DNA of 64,000 nucleotides. Source: Kudoa neothunni (lineage: Eukaryota; Animalia; Cnidaria). The stretch is taken from contig OZ199840.1 in assembly GCA_964304625.1 (NCBI GenBank), forward strand, positions 841,284 through 905,283, written 5' to 3'. The position numbers and the translations under genes are program-made. Under the pieces are notes generated by a model. That model saw nothing but the letters and a program-made list of their open reading frames with translations. It was not told the origin of the DNA and searched no databases. This document shows, piece by piece, positions 1 through 14,889 of the stretch; position 1 is the first letter of the stretch, and every line of letters begins with the position of its first letter.

Positions 1-2
1 TA

Positions 3-977
3 CAATCATATACGACATGGATTGAATTAATTAGCGAAAAAGACCAAAAATATTTTGATACAAAAATTAGTATCATCAAAAATATACTGACAGATTCAAA
101 TAATATGTATCTGAACGTTGAAAAAGAAATAAAAACAATCAAAAATTTGATTACCAAAATATCTCCAGACATTCATCGCTTTTCTCCTGAAGTTAGTACT
201 TTGATTAAAAATACTATTTCTTCCCTTGAAAATCAGCTAGAGAAACATAAAACCATACGTGAAACGTTCGAAGGTTTGAAAACAACCATAGAATTATTTG
301 AATCTTCCTCGAGGGAAAAAATAGTAAAATATGCCGAATTAATTAATAACGCAAATGATGCGAAGGAGGGTTTTGAATTAGTCAAGAGTCTTCTATTGGC
401 GCTTGAAGATATTAAACAAAATAAATTCCTAAGAAATACAGAAATATCAACCAAACTCGCCAAATTCACTCAGAGTCAAAAAACGTTTACGATGGATGCT
501 GATACATCCATCATTTCAAATTATGTTGAATCTCTTAATGATATGGAAACGATTATTAATAATTTTCCAAATAAAAATCAGGCTGTTTACTCAGGACTCG
601 CTGAATATTTGAGAAATTTAATTAATGAAAAGGAATTATTGATGAAACAATTCAATTCTCAAAAACCAACAGAAATCCACCCTATTAATGAAGAAGAGTT
701 TTCTCAACACTATCAAATAAATGATCAAAATGCTGATATTACAAAAAAAGACAACAACCAAAAAACATCTACAACATCTAAACCTTCAGTTGAAAAAATA
801 CAAAGCTCTTCGGATAATACAGTTTATTCGGTACCTACAGCACCAGAGAGAAATACTGCTGGAAAAAAAAGTGTCGCCATAATTGCTACCATCATGATTT
901 TTGTCGCAATATTATTTATAGGTATTGGTGCTTTCATTCATCATAGAAGAAATAGAATCCCAGATGGATATGAATAG
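3..977 (+). CDS. 3' part of a coiled-coil, single-pass type I membrane protein (5' end outside window)
   Basis: Frame of ORF 105..977 is open back to nt 3. Helical K/E/L-rich region, S/T-rich stalk, TM VAIIATIMIFVAILFIGIGAFI, basic stop-transfer HHRRNR and short tail to TAG. Confidence 0.75.
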   Translation, partial: QSYTTWIELISEKDQKYFDTKISIIKNILTDSNNMYLNVEKEIKTIKNLITKISPDIHRFSPEVSTLIKNTISSLENQLEKHKTIRETFEGLKTTIELFESSSREKIVKYAELINNANDAKEGFELVKSLLLALEDIKQNKFLRNTEISTKLAKFTQSQKTFTMDADTSIISNYVESLNDMETIINNFPNKNQAVYSGLAEYLRNLINEKELLMKQFNSQKPTEIHPINEEEFSQHYQINDQNADITKKDNNQKTSTTSKPSVEKIQSSSDNTVYSVPTAPERNTAGKKSVAIIATIMIFVAILFIGIGAFIHHRRNRIPDGYE

Positions 978-1360
978 TTTATAACTACATATATTAATTA
1001 TATCAATATTTATTTGGTTTGAATTTTGTTTCCATTTTCTTCCAAATATTTTGAAATGTTATTTTTTTCTTAATTGAAATATTGTAATTGTCAATCAAAT
1101 TATATTGAATTTTATAATATCCATTAACTTAGTCATCACAATACATTTTGTTTTTTGATAAATATTATCTTTTTTGCGTATCAATTTTTATTTTATTTTT
1201 AAGTGTTATCTGTTATTTTTACAAACTTATTCAATAGTTAAGTAAGCTTTTGAATGATTATTTGATATTTATTCCAGAATTAAGAACTTATGTTAAATTT
1301 AAGGTTAATTTATATTTAACTCTAATTTATAGACTATAGAATAACACACAATATAGTCAA

Positions 1361-3141
1361 CTACTATATATATATAAAGTTCTTAGGTCTGTCAATGTGT
1401 GTTTGCAGCAGTATTCATATGCCATGGTGTAACTTTTTTTATATACAACTTTTAGTTTGCATTTGAATAGATGATACCATCAATAAAAATCGTTCAATCA
1501 CTTAAAAATATAAATATAATCAATACCCCAGTCAGAATGAAGGAATCTTCTGGTTGTTTACATCAATTACCAGATCAAAAGATACCTGCATAACATTGAT
1601 GTTTGTTTACTTCAGCGTGATACTCAATATTAATGAATTTTTACTCGCGATATACTAAGAAAATCTTTTAATTTTGGTATAGAATGTTTTAAAAATGTTA
1701 CATATGCCTTTTTGAAGTAATAATAAGGCAGATAATGTCATTAGAGTCATATTCACAAGATATATAGCATTTACCTTAAAATTCGTAGCATAACCAAATT
1801 ATTTAGGCTGCATTTTCATGTTTCAAGCTTTATGAATATAGTTAAGCAAAAACGATTCTGATAGTTCTAACTAAAGTACATAATTCGAGATTAATGTTGT
1901 TGCCATTTTGGAATAATTTGGGTCCCTATAAGCATTCTAAATCGATGCAAGATGTGTGTTGAGTCTTCAAATAATTAAATTTTTGCGAAAATTACTTTTT
2001 ATCGAATAAATTGATTGAGATTGAAACTATATACGTGTTTTCGATAAGTTTTTACTCATTATTTAATTTTCCTAAACTTTCTTGCAAAACAGCCAACATA
2101 AGTAATACGATAAGTTTCTATATATGATGAGATAATTTTTTAAATAATGTTTAAGTTCTTAGTAGCCTAATTATTGCTTACTCCTAGTCCTTAAGGTTAA
2201 TACTCAAATCAATATATAATTTTCTTTACGCTATAAATAATTTATTATAATTTAAACGCTGTATGAAAATATGCGACACCTCATTCTACACGTAGTTAGA
2301 GAATTTATATTCACGATTATTTTTGCATAAAATACCTTCCACTCTCAATACGTGCCATGTAAGTTAATAAGAAATTATTGGTTTATTCGATTTAACCGAT
2401 ATTTTCATAATGTTTTCGTTAATCTAAGAATAGTTCAATACAAAGAAACTTTTTAGGACAATCAATCAATACGTTTATTTTTAAAAGGGTGCATTCCTTC
2501 AAGAAAACCAATTGATGTTTAAGCATTACTGTAATTTTTCAAACCAATATCATCTTTACACTTTAGATTTAATTGTATTTATTTAATTATATTTGTACAT
2601 TTTTGTTAAAAAGAAAGATTTCATTTATTTGAAAATCGGTAAAATATGTTAATATAACGAATGTATAATTTGTCGCCCATAGATAAATAAAACCTGACTA
2701 ACATCCTTCATAAAATTAAAAAAGGAATAAAAATGAATGTTTTTATTTTTGACGCACTTTGGGTCGATTTAATTTTTTCTTATTGTTTGTAGACTAATAA
2801 TAAATTTTATAACTAGAAGGATTAATATTTATCGTAAGCTTTTTAAAAGAACTGAATGTCCTACTAAGTTATTTAATGATTTTGTTTAATAAATGAAATT
2901 TAATCGTTAGTTAAATTTCTCATAAAATTAAGGTCATTAATTTCCCTCAATACCTCTATTTATATTGGAATGCAAAGTGCTCGCATAATTTTGTTTATCC
3001 AAATCATCACATTGCAAAAATAACGACAAACTATAAAATTTATGAATTAAAATAGAAAATGAAAATTTACAGGGTTAATCGTGCTAATTAGATTAAATTT
3101 TCCGTCTCATAATACCATGTAAAGCTGGGCATTATCGCTAG
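1361..3141 (+). mobile_element. Non-autonomous Helitron-like element, copy A
   Basis: 5' TATATATAAA..GTCTGTCAATGTGTGTTTGCAGC; 3' imperfect hairpin then CTAG|T at 3138-3142. Homologous along its length to the inverted copies at 11.4-12.9 kb and 18.9-20.9 kb. 5' edge approximate. Confidence 0.7.
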
Positions 3142-4913
3142 TATATAATATTTATAAGTAAAAATAATTAAAAATAGATTAGAATATTATTTTTCTTTGT
3201 AAATTGTTGCATAATTATTAATTAAATAGATTACCCATTTATAAATTTTTTTTATTAAAAAAACGAGATATTCCCAATTATTTAATAAATCAATTGGCTA
3301 GTTTATTTTGGACTATTAAAAAAAGATAAAATTTTTTAATTTAATATGGCAGTAAATCTATTATTGATCGATCACAATAGAATACAATATGACAACATCT
3401 ATAAAATAGAAACCTTAATTTTCTTTTTATATAACAAATAATGTCTAGAACATTATATAAATAAATATCACTTGGAAAAATAAACTATTCATTACTTAAC
3501 AATTATGCATCAACTTACATTGTTTTAATTAATAAGGAAATAGATAACCATTAAAAATTTATAATTCATTGTTTTACAAGGTTAGAAAAGTTTAACATTC
3601 CTCTGGGTGGCTCAAGGTTTAAACAAGAATGATAAAACAAAAAGTAAAACATTTTAACAAAAGCATTCTTCAAGAGTTAATGATGAACGTGATAATTGGT
3701 AGTTATGTTTAATTATCATCATTTTATTGTATATTTATCATGATTTTCGAAGTTTATACGAAAATATTCAGAAGGTGCGGCATATTCTTTATTTTTATAT
3801 TCAAAACATAAACTCATTTTAAAATCATTTAACTATTTTGATTTAATCCATAAATGTAAATGATTTTTTATTAAAAGAATGATAGATTTAAAATTGTAGG
3901 AGGAAATTTATCCAATTCTTACTAATTATATCATGTTTAATAAATTTCGAAAAATATAAGAATAAATAATTAATGCTATTTTTTACAGTACAATTATCAA
4001 TGGATTGGTGATAGAAATTAATTAGCATTAATCGAGGTGAATTTTTTAATTTCTTTGATTTATAAAGTATTTTTAAAGGAATATATCTCTATTAAAAATA
4101 GGAAGAACAACATTAAATGTATTATCTATTATTGTTAATAATTCTAAATTTAAGCGATTAATATAATTCATATTAATAAAATTAATATTGTCTAGTATTG
4201 TTAACTAAAATTATGTATGAAAATATTATTAAATATCTTTAATTGGATATCCCATGTTAATATTTTTAATTTTGCAATTTTTACATATACACATTTTTTT
4301 CTTAATAATTTTTTTTGATAACTAAATAAAAATAAAGCATTTATTATTTTAATCGATTAATCATATTCGAATTCATCTAACTGGTAGAATGTTATCTAAA
4401 ATACGGTAACGTCACGATTTGTATATTGAATCGTATTTTTTTAGTCGCTCAAAAAAACATTTCAATTTAAATCATTCGCATTGACGTCTTTAATAGCAAC
4501 ACATAAACTATTTCCCATCAGCAATGCTAGTTTGTTATAATTTAATTATTCAGAGTAAAATAAAAGGAAAATTAATTTTTTATCCTCCACATTTTGATTA
4601 TTAGAGTTTATAATGCTCAAATATAATAAAACAAACTCATTCATTATTATACCACAATGCGCGAACACTAAACAAATCTCCCATATAAATATATCATTAA
4701 TCAGAATTGTTGCATTAAAAATTAAAATTATCTTAAAAATCACATCAGCAAGTAGTACATATTTATTATAATAATAAATTAATTCGTAATTGACAAACAA
4801 TGAAACAATTAAATGGTTGATTTCACACAAACAATAATAACCAGCCATGCGATTAAATTATATTAATAAATAATTAAAATAATATTGTTTGTAAAAAATA
4901 TAAAAGATATGTA

Positions 4914-6039
4914 TTATAATGAATAAAAAATTATGTATAAAAATATAATTAAACCAATTACATATACCATGAATATTTCTAAAAATAAATAAAATAATGA
5001 AAGAATGCATTTGTTATACTTTTCAGTTTTGAGGGGCCACTTTGATAGTTGATAAGAAGTGGTTCAAAGGGGTCGTTAACAAAGTTACAAATTGAATGGA
5101 AAATTATACACAACAATAGGTTGGCTAAAATATTTAATAATAGCGCAGTTTCTCTAGATAATTACTTGTTCGGTAATAAATGAAACCACTGAATGAACCC
5201 AATATAAAAGAAAAAATTACGTTGATACCTAATATGGCCATATTGAATCCACCTAACAACAGCCAAACCATACATGATAGCTGAAGTATTTTAAACCACT
5301 GTGGAAAATCTGAAGTATCAAGTCTATCAAAACCAATCACTAAATGACCTACAAAAAAAACAAAATATATACATTGTACAAGAAACAACTTACATAAACT
5401 GAAAATCAAAGAACTCGTCAAAACGTACACAACTGCACCCATGTCATTTAACCTAACAATATTCGTATACATAATTGCTCTATATACAACTTCTTCTATA
5501 ACGGGAGCCTAAATAAATTTAAAAAATATAGTAGTTGTTAAATTAAAATATACAATGAAAAAATCTCGAATTATCTCCAATTTATCAAATGATAAAGCAT
5601 TATTTGTTCCATCATCAGAAATTTCCTTCGCACGATACCACAATGGCACGCAAAACAAGCACTACATTCCAATTAGAGAAATAATATGAAAAAAAATTCG
5701 ACGTCAAAAAAATACCCCAATCGCCAGAATACCCGTCATCGTTTGAGCTAACATAGTTGATGACCATTTTTTTAATCCTAACATATCGAGAAAACCCCAT
5801 ACAGTAAAGGAAGGGGATTGATGCGAATAATGACCCATCTCGTATACAACCATAAAAAGAGTCAAAATCGTTGCAATAATAGAGCGTAAAATAGAATCTT
5901 CACATTTTATGACACTTTTCACTCTAAACGAGAAATTAATAAATATCAAAAATTGTAATTACATGTATTGATTAGATATTAGTCTAACGACTACAGGAAA
6001 TCCAAACCCAACACAGCTCATATACAAAAAGACGTTCAT
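4914..6039 (-). CDS. RCE1: CAAX prenyl protease 2 (RCE1/Abi-CPBP family), about 7 exons
   Basis: Manual splicing across short GT-AG introns gives IIRDFFI|APVIEEVVYRA (EExxxR), IFSLCH (FxxxH) and IIFHSICN (HxxxN), with several TM segments. ATG 6039, TAA 4914. Confidence 0.85.
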
Positions 6040-9000
6040 AATAATTTATAAAACAATTAAGTTATTTGACGGAATTATGATCAATACGATGCAAGGTATT
6101 AAAAAAATGATACACGCATGCGCAAACTATATTATGTACATAATGTGCAAGTGTTTTCTCACATTTTTATACATGTAATAAATTAACTTTGAAAGAATTA
6201 AATTATTCAAACTACGATTTAACAATTTGATCGCATTTCTCAAAAATTTAAAGAATAGTTTATTTATTCCTTATTTATAAAAATACAATTTCGTTATTTT
6301 AATGATAAAATCAGAGAATTTAATTATTTTTATCAAATTTAACATTAGGTTATAATATTGTAGGGGATAAAATATTAAAAATATTAGGATGTCATTACAC
6401 ATTAAGAAATAAATAAAAAAATTATATGCAGTGAAATAAATGATTTATGTTTCTAAACATTAATTTTTATTAATAATCATATACTACTATTTCGTTGTAT
6501 AAACTGATGAAAACTTGAATTTAGATGTAATTTCTATTAATAATTCTTAAATAGTATAATTTATTAATGAATATTAAATTAAATTTGTTTGTAAAACTCG
6601 TTTTTTGTAAAAATTATTATTATTTTAAAATATAATAAAGTTGAAACCTTTTTTTAAAGCCAATTGAATTCTCGGCTTTATTTTCAAAACACTCCAAGGG
6701 GCCTATCTAGGCAATAATCAATACCTAACACTTAACACATCGAGGTAAAACATCTGATCACGTGATAAACACCCTTCGTTAGTTATAGCTGTAAGCTGTT
6801 AGCTATTAGCTACTTTGTTTTTACGAAGAAAAAAATAGTTTAAAATTAATAAATATTGTTGTTGCGTTATATATATTTTGTATTCATAATAAAAATTTTA
6901 TTCGCCTATTTGAAGCTTTATATTTCGAATTTTAAATCCATGTTCCATTTTATGTATTACCATGTAATCAATTTACTAAAACAAGATAAAAAAGAATATA
7001 AAGATGTATTTTTTATGCTTAAAATAATAAATTCGTCAATTAATCATAAATTCTTATTACATAATATTCATAAAGGTTAAATTTTTTGGACCTATATCCG
7101 AATATCTTAGATTTCCAAATTGTTCCTTCTCAATAGAATTCTCCACCATATTTATAGGAAGACTTTTGATTGTGTAAGATGTCGAATAAAATATATTTTA
7201 GTACCATCCATAGAAATATGCATCACTTTATACTTTCAGGTTTGTTGACTAAGTGTTAAATAGTGAAAAAAACTAATAATCAATACATAATACTACAATT
7301 AATAACTATTTAATAGTGAATAAACATAATCAGGTAATTTGAAAAAATGTTATTTAAATAATAAAATATCATTTTTTATTTTAATATTAATTTAATCTAA
7401 AAATAAATTCAAAAATTTATTATTATTTATTATAATGTTAAGATCAATAAGTGTTTTTAGATCAAACAATAAATATTCAACAACATTAAATAAATTGTGG
7501 ATTTATAAAATGATAATTTTATTGTTGGTCTAATTTTCCATAGCAATATTCATTTTAATAAACGCATAACCTATTTATTTATATCTTTTATCTATTACCG
7601 GTTTTTAAATAAATTATTTAAAAGTTTTTAATTTAAAATATAATCAAAATTATATTTAAAAAATTCAACGAATAATAAAAAGCTCAAATTTTAATTTATA
7701 TAACTCTTTCCTTACATATTTTATGTATAAAAAAGTGGGTTGAACCGATACCACTATTTTCGAGCCAGTAAAAACCTCTCCATATTTTTTCATTTCGTCA
7801 AATAATATGGTTAGATAATAATTTTAATATCTAATTATAGATGGAAATTATTAAATACTGTTTTGTTAATTTTAAATATAACCAGATACTAGTAAAACAA
7901 TTTATTAGTCATCTAAAATAACTTATAAATTTCATTCAAAAAAAGGAATCATAAATTTAGAAGATATTGTTCGATAAAAGTGTTTTTTTTAATTTTATAG
8001 TTAAACCAGTGTCATATATATTATTAAATATGGTAAATTATAATTTTAACTTGACTGAATAAAAAAATTAAATTTGAGCCTAAAAATACGTTTTTTGAGG
8101 AAATGGCTATTGGCGCAGTAAATAACAATCGGATGATATTAGTTTGAACTATATTTAGTTAATTCCAACTCATTTTGATGCTCTTAATGATCATAAATAA
8201 TTAAATATGACATATTATAAAATATTAAATCGAATAATAGCTTGTAAGTGAGAGTTTCTGGGATTTAAAATTTCCAGTGCGCAAGCGTCATGTCAATTAA
8301 GATTAAATTTTAACGTGCCAATTGCCTCTGCATTTTTTATTTTCGGTAACATGCATTTTGAACGAAAAATATATTATTATTCAGTAAATTAATATTATTA
8401 AATATTTATAATTAATAAAGCTAAATTTGATTACTATCACACAAATAGAATAATATTTCTCAACTAAATAGTTTCGATATTTAACAGCTTTAAATTATAT
8501 ATATATACTTTATATATTTTCGACATTCATTTTAAATTATATTTAGTTTTACTTACTAGAAAGTAGAAAACTATTCGTTAATTTCATATATTTTAATTTT
8601 AAGGTATGATTTACTATATTAATTTATTCCAGACTATGTTTACCAATAGAAAATGTCTTTAACAAAATTCTTATACAGATATTTTGTCTGAGAAACTATT
8701 TTAACTAAACATAGTTATGCTTTGGATTATTAAGATTTATAATAAAAGTAATTATTTTATATTTAAAATCAAAAATTGATTCAAACAAATCATTTCGCGA
8801 ATAAAGTTTAATAATTTTTATTTAAATTTTATACACTTACTTATGGATTTTGATCTCCTCTATTTTTTCCGCGAACTACATAGGTCACTGTATACTAATT
8901 TGCCATTTAAAATCACATTAGTTTTTTTCCTACATCTATATATTGTGTTTTCCCTCAAATATCGTCATTCTTAAATCTCAATAATATATTTTAATAAGAA

Positions 9001-9345
9001 GATTATTAATGAATTTGTTTATAATAAATAAGTTAAATTTGAAGGATTTATATCAATAACAAAGAAATATTAAATTGTACACATAATTTCAAATATTCAA
9101 CAACTCATTAAGTTCAAAAATACCTAATTAGCTTTATCAATTTTATTAGACTTAACGTTTTATTAATTTTATTTAAAATTTAATAGCAGAACTCATGTAC
9201 ACACCAAACAACAAAAGTAATGAATAAAAAAGAGAATAATATGTATTTTAGTGAAATGAAAAAAACACTAATAGTGAATAACAATAATATTTATGAGAAT
9301 TCCAGTGCAATACATAATAAATGTGATGATATATTATGAGCGTGG

Positions 9346-10438
9346 TTATTCTCTGGAAGCATGCTTTTTCTGTTGTCTTTTTTTGCGTTCGCGAATGTCA
9401 CTCTTCGAGCTTTTTTCATTTCTCGAATGGGAATTTTCAACCTCACCTTCACCGCTGGTGTCAGTGTCATCTTCATCAGTTGAAGATGGAACAACAGCTT
9501 GTTTTTGTTGTTGTTTCTTTGCGGGGGGTTCACCAAAGTCACTTGGTTGTTTTGGTAGGAAAAAGTTGATTATTGGAATGAGGGACTAAAAAGAAAAAAA
9601 TATTTTCCACTGATATCAAATGAATGTGTCTTACAAGAGCACAAACGAATGAAATCAATATCAGTATCATTGAGGCTATTGAGTAGGAAATTAATGCAGC
9701 CACTTTCATGCTAAATCCATGCTTTTCTACTAAATTATTTTGGAATTCCTGCAAAAAATATAGTACACAACTAAAACAATTAAACTCACCAAAAAATATT
9801 CATATGCATTGACAAACTTCAGCAACATAAAAATCCTATAAAAAATCACCGTAGAAACCATCAAATACGAAGATTCACATACACCGCACCATTTGGATCG
9901 TTGTACCAAGAGAGTGATTTCGCTTGGAGGTATTTTTTGTTGTTAATAAAATCTTCAATTTCTGCAACCTCCCGTTCACCCTCATAGAGTCTTACTACGC
10001 CATCTTTAATACTATTATCGAATAAATTAAAGTAGACTGAGAGAATTAATAGATAAACTAATTGGAAATCTATGGATTACTGATATACAGTCGGCAGATA
10101 TCTAACAGAATATTTCACCGAGAGATGAGGTTCACGTTCAATGTTCACCTCTCCAAACCGAATACCGGAATCCTGATAGTCCATAATTGATAGTTGATCC
10201 CAAATAGGGGCAAATTGTTGGCACGCATTGCACCAATCAGCATAACTAATATTAAAAAAAATCACAAATAGAATCATAATCCGAATAGCAAATTGACCAA
10301 TTAGTCTTGAGCTTACAATTTAACTAACCATTCACCGTTTGATATTTTTTCGTGGTTCTTTAGAGTTATTTTTTCTCCGGATAAACAACTCAAATTCAAA
10401 AAAATTAAAAACACTAAGCACTTCAAAACACAAGTCAT
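9346..10438 (-). CDS. TMX1: Thioredoxin-related transmembrane protein (TMX1/TMX4-like), multi-exon
   Basis: Signal peptide MTCVLKCLVFLIFLNLSCLS; spliced EWLVKFYADWCNACQQFAPIW (CxxC active site) and LSVKYSVRYLPTVY; TM ALISYSIASMILILISFVCAL; acidic then basic tail DEDDTD...IRERKKR. Confidence 0.85.
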
Positions 10439-11404
10439 CGCAATCGATTCCAAATAACCGACGAATTGCGACAAACAACGAAATTATTGTTTTTTGGTAT
10501 GAACCGCATCAAATCTAGTCCGAATGTTTTTCTAAGTTATAATTAACTTTTTAGTCTATTTTAGTGTAGATAAAATAGTTGTTGGTGACGAATATTTTAT
10601 TATTTATACAATGTTAATCCGGTTTTGTTTGTACGTTTGTTTGAAGGATTAGTTCGATAGTTTTGAAATAGTGATTCAATTTTTGTTACAGTCTACATTA
10701 TTATTTGGGGTGTTGACACATATTCTAACCCTCTTTATGATTGGTGGGTATTGGTTTCGGCGAACATCGAGAAATTAATGAATAACACCTCGGAAGCTCG
10801 TGTTTACTTAATCTAAAATTTCGCGTGAAATCTTTAGTTTAAATTACTTTTCTGTTTATTCATTTTTACAAACGATACATCTCAATATTTTATATTATTG
10901 CCATAGATAATGTTGTAGATTAGGGGATTTTAATTGTTTATGTGATTTGAGGCTGTTATAGAGGAAAATTATAAACAAAAAAATATCTCTCCATTGAAAA
11001 TAGTGACGAATTATTTAAAAAAACTGAGACAAACTTCATTACGTTTGATGGTATCTTATGCATTGTCTCTTCTTTGTGTTAAATAATAAAGTCTATTTAG
11101 TTTCATACCATATAAGAAATACACTTTATTCAATATGGGTAGGAGGTGGTATGCTTTATTTATTTTAATTCTATATTAATGTTTGCGCATTTTAAGCTCG
11201 TGAAATAATCTAAAACAACGGTGAGCACAACTCGTAGGGGTGCGGCCATATTAGCGCATTACAGATGCTTGGAGGGTCGCATTATTGACTGCGAGTATTT
11301 TTGAGAATTTAAATACCTGTTGGTAGTTTTCTAACATTTTTAGTACGATAAAAAAAGTTACTCTATAAAATAATTTAAAAAGCTTCCAATTAGTAATATT
11401 TAAT

Positions 11405-12883
11405 AAGGAAATTAATGAGAAATTTTACGTTTATTTTACAAATTATTGACCAAAAATTAAATTACCTTAATTTTTGAGAAATTTAATTAACAATTAAAGT
11501 TCATTTATTTATTTATTAAATAAAATCATCAATAACTTAAATAGGACTTTCAATTCTTTTCCAAATCTTACGATAAAATTTAATCCTTCTAGTTATGAAA
11601 TTTATTATTAGACTGCAAACGATAAAAAAATTAAAATCGACCTAAGATGTGACAGAAATAAAAATATTACTTTTTACTCTTTTTTCAAATTTTATAAAGG
11701 GAGTTAATGAGGTTTTAATTATCTGTAGGCGGAAAATTTTACATTCATTATTTTAACATACTTTATCGATTTTTAAATAATGGAATCTTTCGTTTTAACA
11801 AAAATACACATATTTAATTAACCAAGCACGATTAAATCTAAAATGTAAAGATGTTTTGGATTTGAATAATTACAGTAATGCTAAAATACTTAAATATCAA
11901 TTAATTTTATCGAAGGAGTGCACCCTTTAAAAATAAACGTACTGTCTGATTGACTTAAAAATTTCTTCTGTATTGAATTATTCTTAAATTAAGAAAAACT
12001 TTGTGAAAATATTAGTTTGATCAAATAGACCAATAATTTCTTATTATTAATTTACATGCCACGCATTGAGATTGAGAGGGGAATGTATTTAATGCAAAAG
12101 TAATCGTGAATATAAATTCTTAAACTACGTATAGAATGTGGTGACGCATACTTTCATGCAACGTTTATATCATAATGAATTATTTTTAGGGAAAAGAAAG
12201 TTATACATTGATTTGAATATTAACCTTAAGGTTTCGGGGTAAGGAATAATCAAGTTACTAAGAACTTAAATATTATTTAAAAATTATCTCATCAAATACA
12301 GAAACTTAGCGAATTATTTATGCCAGCTGTTTAGCAAGAAAGTTTAGGAAAACAAAAAATGAGTAAAAACTTATCGAAGAGACGAATATGGTTTAAATCT
12401 CAATCTATTTATTTGATAAAAAGTGATTTTAGAAAAAATTTAATTATTTGAAAACTCTACACACATCTTGTATCGTTTTTAGAATTCGTATAGAGACAAA
12501 ATTATTCCAATGTGGCAAAAACATTAATCTAAAATTATGTGTTTTATTTAAAATGATCAGAATCTTTTTCGCGTAACTATATTCATAAATCTTGAAAAAT
12601 GAAAAACATCCAAAATGAGTATCACTGAAGAAAAGAAACATCAATATTATGCAGGTACCTATTAATCTGGTAATCGATGTTAACAATAAGAAAATTCCTG
12701 ACTTCTGACTGCGGTATCGATTATATTTATATTTTTATTTAAAAGAACGATTTTTATTGATGGTATCATCTATTCAAATGCAAACTAAAAGCTGTATTTT
12801 TAAAAAGTTTCCCCGTGGCACATGTACACAGCTGCAAACACACACACACCCTGATAGACAAGAATTTTATATATAAAGATAGA
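11405..12883 (-). mobile_element. Non-autonomous Helitron-like element, copy B (3'-truncated)
   Basis: Minus strand begins A|TCTATCTTTATATATAAAA followed by (GT)n. Body aligns to copies A and C; CTAG end is missing. Confidence 0.7.
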
Positions 12884-14889
12884 TTAAGCATTCTTTTTTC
12901 GATCGAGTAAATGGTATGACCTGTGGAAATAATTACGAGGGATCAACAATTATTTATATGATAGATTACAACAACTATTGTTGATAACTAATACAGTGCC
13001 GAAAATACACTACATGTGATGAAACAATGATAAATACAACAAATTGAAATAATTAACGGGTTCGATTTTTATCATGGTCGCTGATTTGGATTACGATCAC
13101 TATTCTACATTCTAACCTTTTTCGCGTATACCATAGGTGTATATTAAGCTTATAAATAATTTCATAAACATCGACAAAGTTTGTATTAAGGTAAATTTTC
13201 GCTATAAAAACTCAATCTACATTACTTTTGAGATAGTTATATAACAGCACAATTCTTTTGATTACGTCAGATATTAATGAAATACTTCGAAAACAAAATC
13301 TAGTAGCTATTTATTGTGTATAATTAATATAAGATCGGATCTTATATTCCAGGAAACGAGGTAGTAATCTGAGCCCGCTATTCTGCACGATGCTCCTTAC
13401 ATCGTTAATTTTAAGAAATGCCACATTGTCCACAATTAATAAATACTTTTTTCTGTCTGAAGTCGAATGTCAACGTTATATTCAACACAAGTCGAAATCT
13501 TGCATTTCAGCTTGTGTGAGAAAAAAATAAATAAACAATCATATTTCTCAATTATTTCTTTTAATTTTAATCAGTTTTATATTTTCCTTCACTTTTATTT
13601 AACATGATTGCATCTTGATTGGGCATAAATGCTACATGTGCAGACAGTTTGCATCTTTACCATGAAATACTGTATGACCGGAAGAGCCCATTATTGATGG
13701 TGGGGGAAATTTTTTTACTTCGGAGTCGTGCGTTAAATCTAAGCTAGATAATTATAATATTTCTTTCTTTGAAGCCATGAATATTTACATTTAATAATAT
13801 GGATAAAATTATCTAATTAGTCTATCTACGTTTTTTTATGTAACTAATTAACCTCTTATTTTTATTATTAGTATTTAATGTAGGGCGAAATAATAAAACT
13901 AAAAAAAGTACACACCTGAATTCGCCTGATTATTTCAAAAAATATTGAAAGTAATTGGGTTTTTGATAATTTCCATTATGATGAATTAGAAATTTTACCA
14001 TCGTCCTCTATACAACAAACATACGACATAATCTTCATTTTGAAGAATATTGTTGCCAACGAAAAGATAATTTCATCTATATAATTTAATCTTTTAAAAT
14101 CGAAAGAATTACTTACATTCAAATGTATTTTCCTGCATCTAATAATTTCAAAGACATTGTATATGAGATTTTCTTTGTAATAAAACTAAAGAATGTTTAA
14201 TATGAGAAGAGAATTCTTTATAATGGATAAGATTCAATGAAAATATAGGTATAACTACTTTTCTACGAAAAAAAATTGACACAACAAAATTTTTAAACAG
14301 GAGAAACTATCAACACTTTCATGAGTCTAATTTAGAGGTTTAAAATAGTTGTGCATATAAACAAATAAAATGTATTTATATAATTCTCGAAAAATTTATT
14401 TTTAAGTAATTTCAATTTAATTATAACCTTTATATCAAGGAAAAATTTCTATTAATGTTTAAGAATAATTTTTTTATTCAACACCGTAGATAAAATTGAA
14501 AGCATTTAGAGTTATTGTGTCTCGTTAATAATTGCATATGTATAGGACAATGTACTACGAGGAATTTTTAATATTTATAGGTTATTTGTTTTTGCTGAAT
14601 CTTTTAATTCTATATTTAACTATTAAGTTGCAAATTAAAAAAATTAGTTCAAGTTGGTGAAATTGGAGTACCATACATCATTTCAATACCTATATATTTC
14701 CATTAGAAAACGATTTATCTGATGGAAATTCAAGATTTGAACGTAATAATGAGTTCAGGGACTAGGAATTATATTATTTCCTCGCGTTTAAAACTCAGAT
14801 ATTGTAGTTCATATTATGTATGTACGGTGGAGAGTCGCAGTTTGCCGACCTCTGTACTAAGCAATAACCCTGAACTATTGTGCTTTTTT

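Noticed and set aside
4546-4848. 100-aa hydrophobic ORF downstream of RCE1, and similar AT-rich ORFs (6856, 12444, 32458, 45001, 48254)
   Set aside because: I/L/F/N/K-biased translations typical of AT-rich non-coding or TE DNA, with no motifs.
9291-9589. ORFs 9291-9542(-), 9293-9589(+) and 9336-9569(+)
   Set aside because: Alternative frames over the last TMX1 exon; the spliced frame ends at 9346.
9346-10438. Functional link between TMX1 (disulfide catalyst) or RCE1 and the Cys-rich array
   Set aside because: Adjacency alone is not evidence in a eukaryote, and the array proteins have no CAAX box.
10611-11310. Possible plus-strand spliced gene divergent from TMX1
   Set aside because: Exon-like, GC-richer patches and splice-like sites exist, but I could not assemble a stop-free frame or recognise a product.
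14836-14854. hAT-like terminus CAGAGGTCGGCAAACTGCG on the minus strand
   Set aside because: No partner TIR or TSD could be located, so the element boundaries are unsupported.
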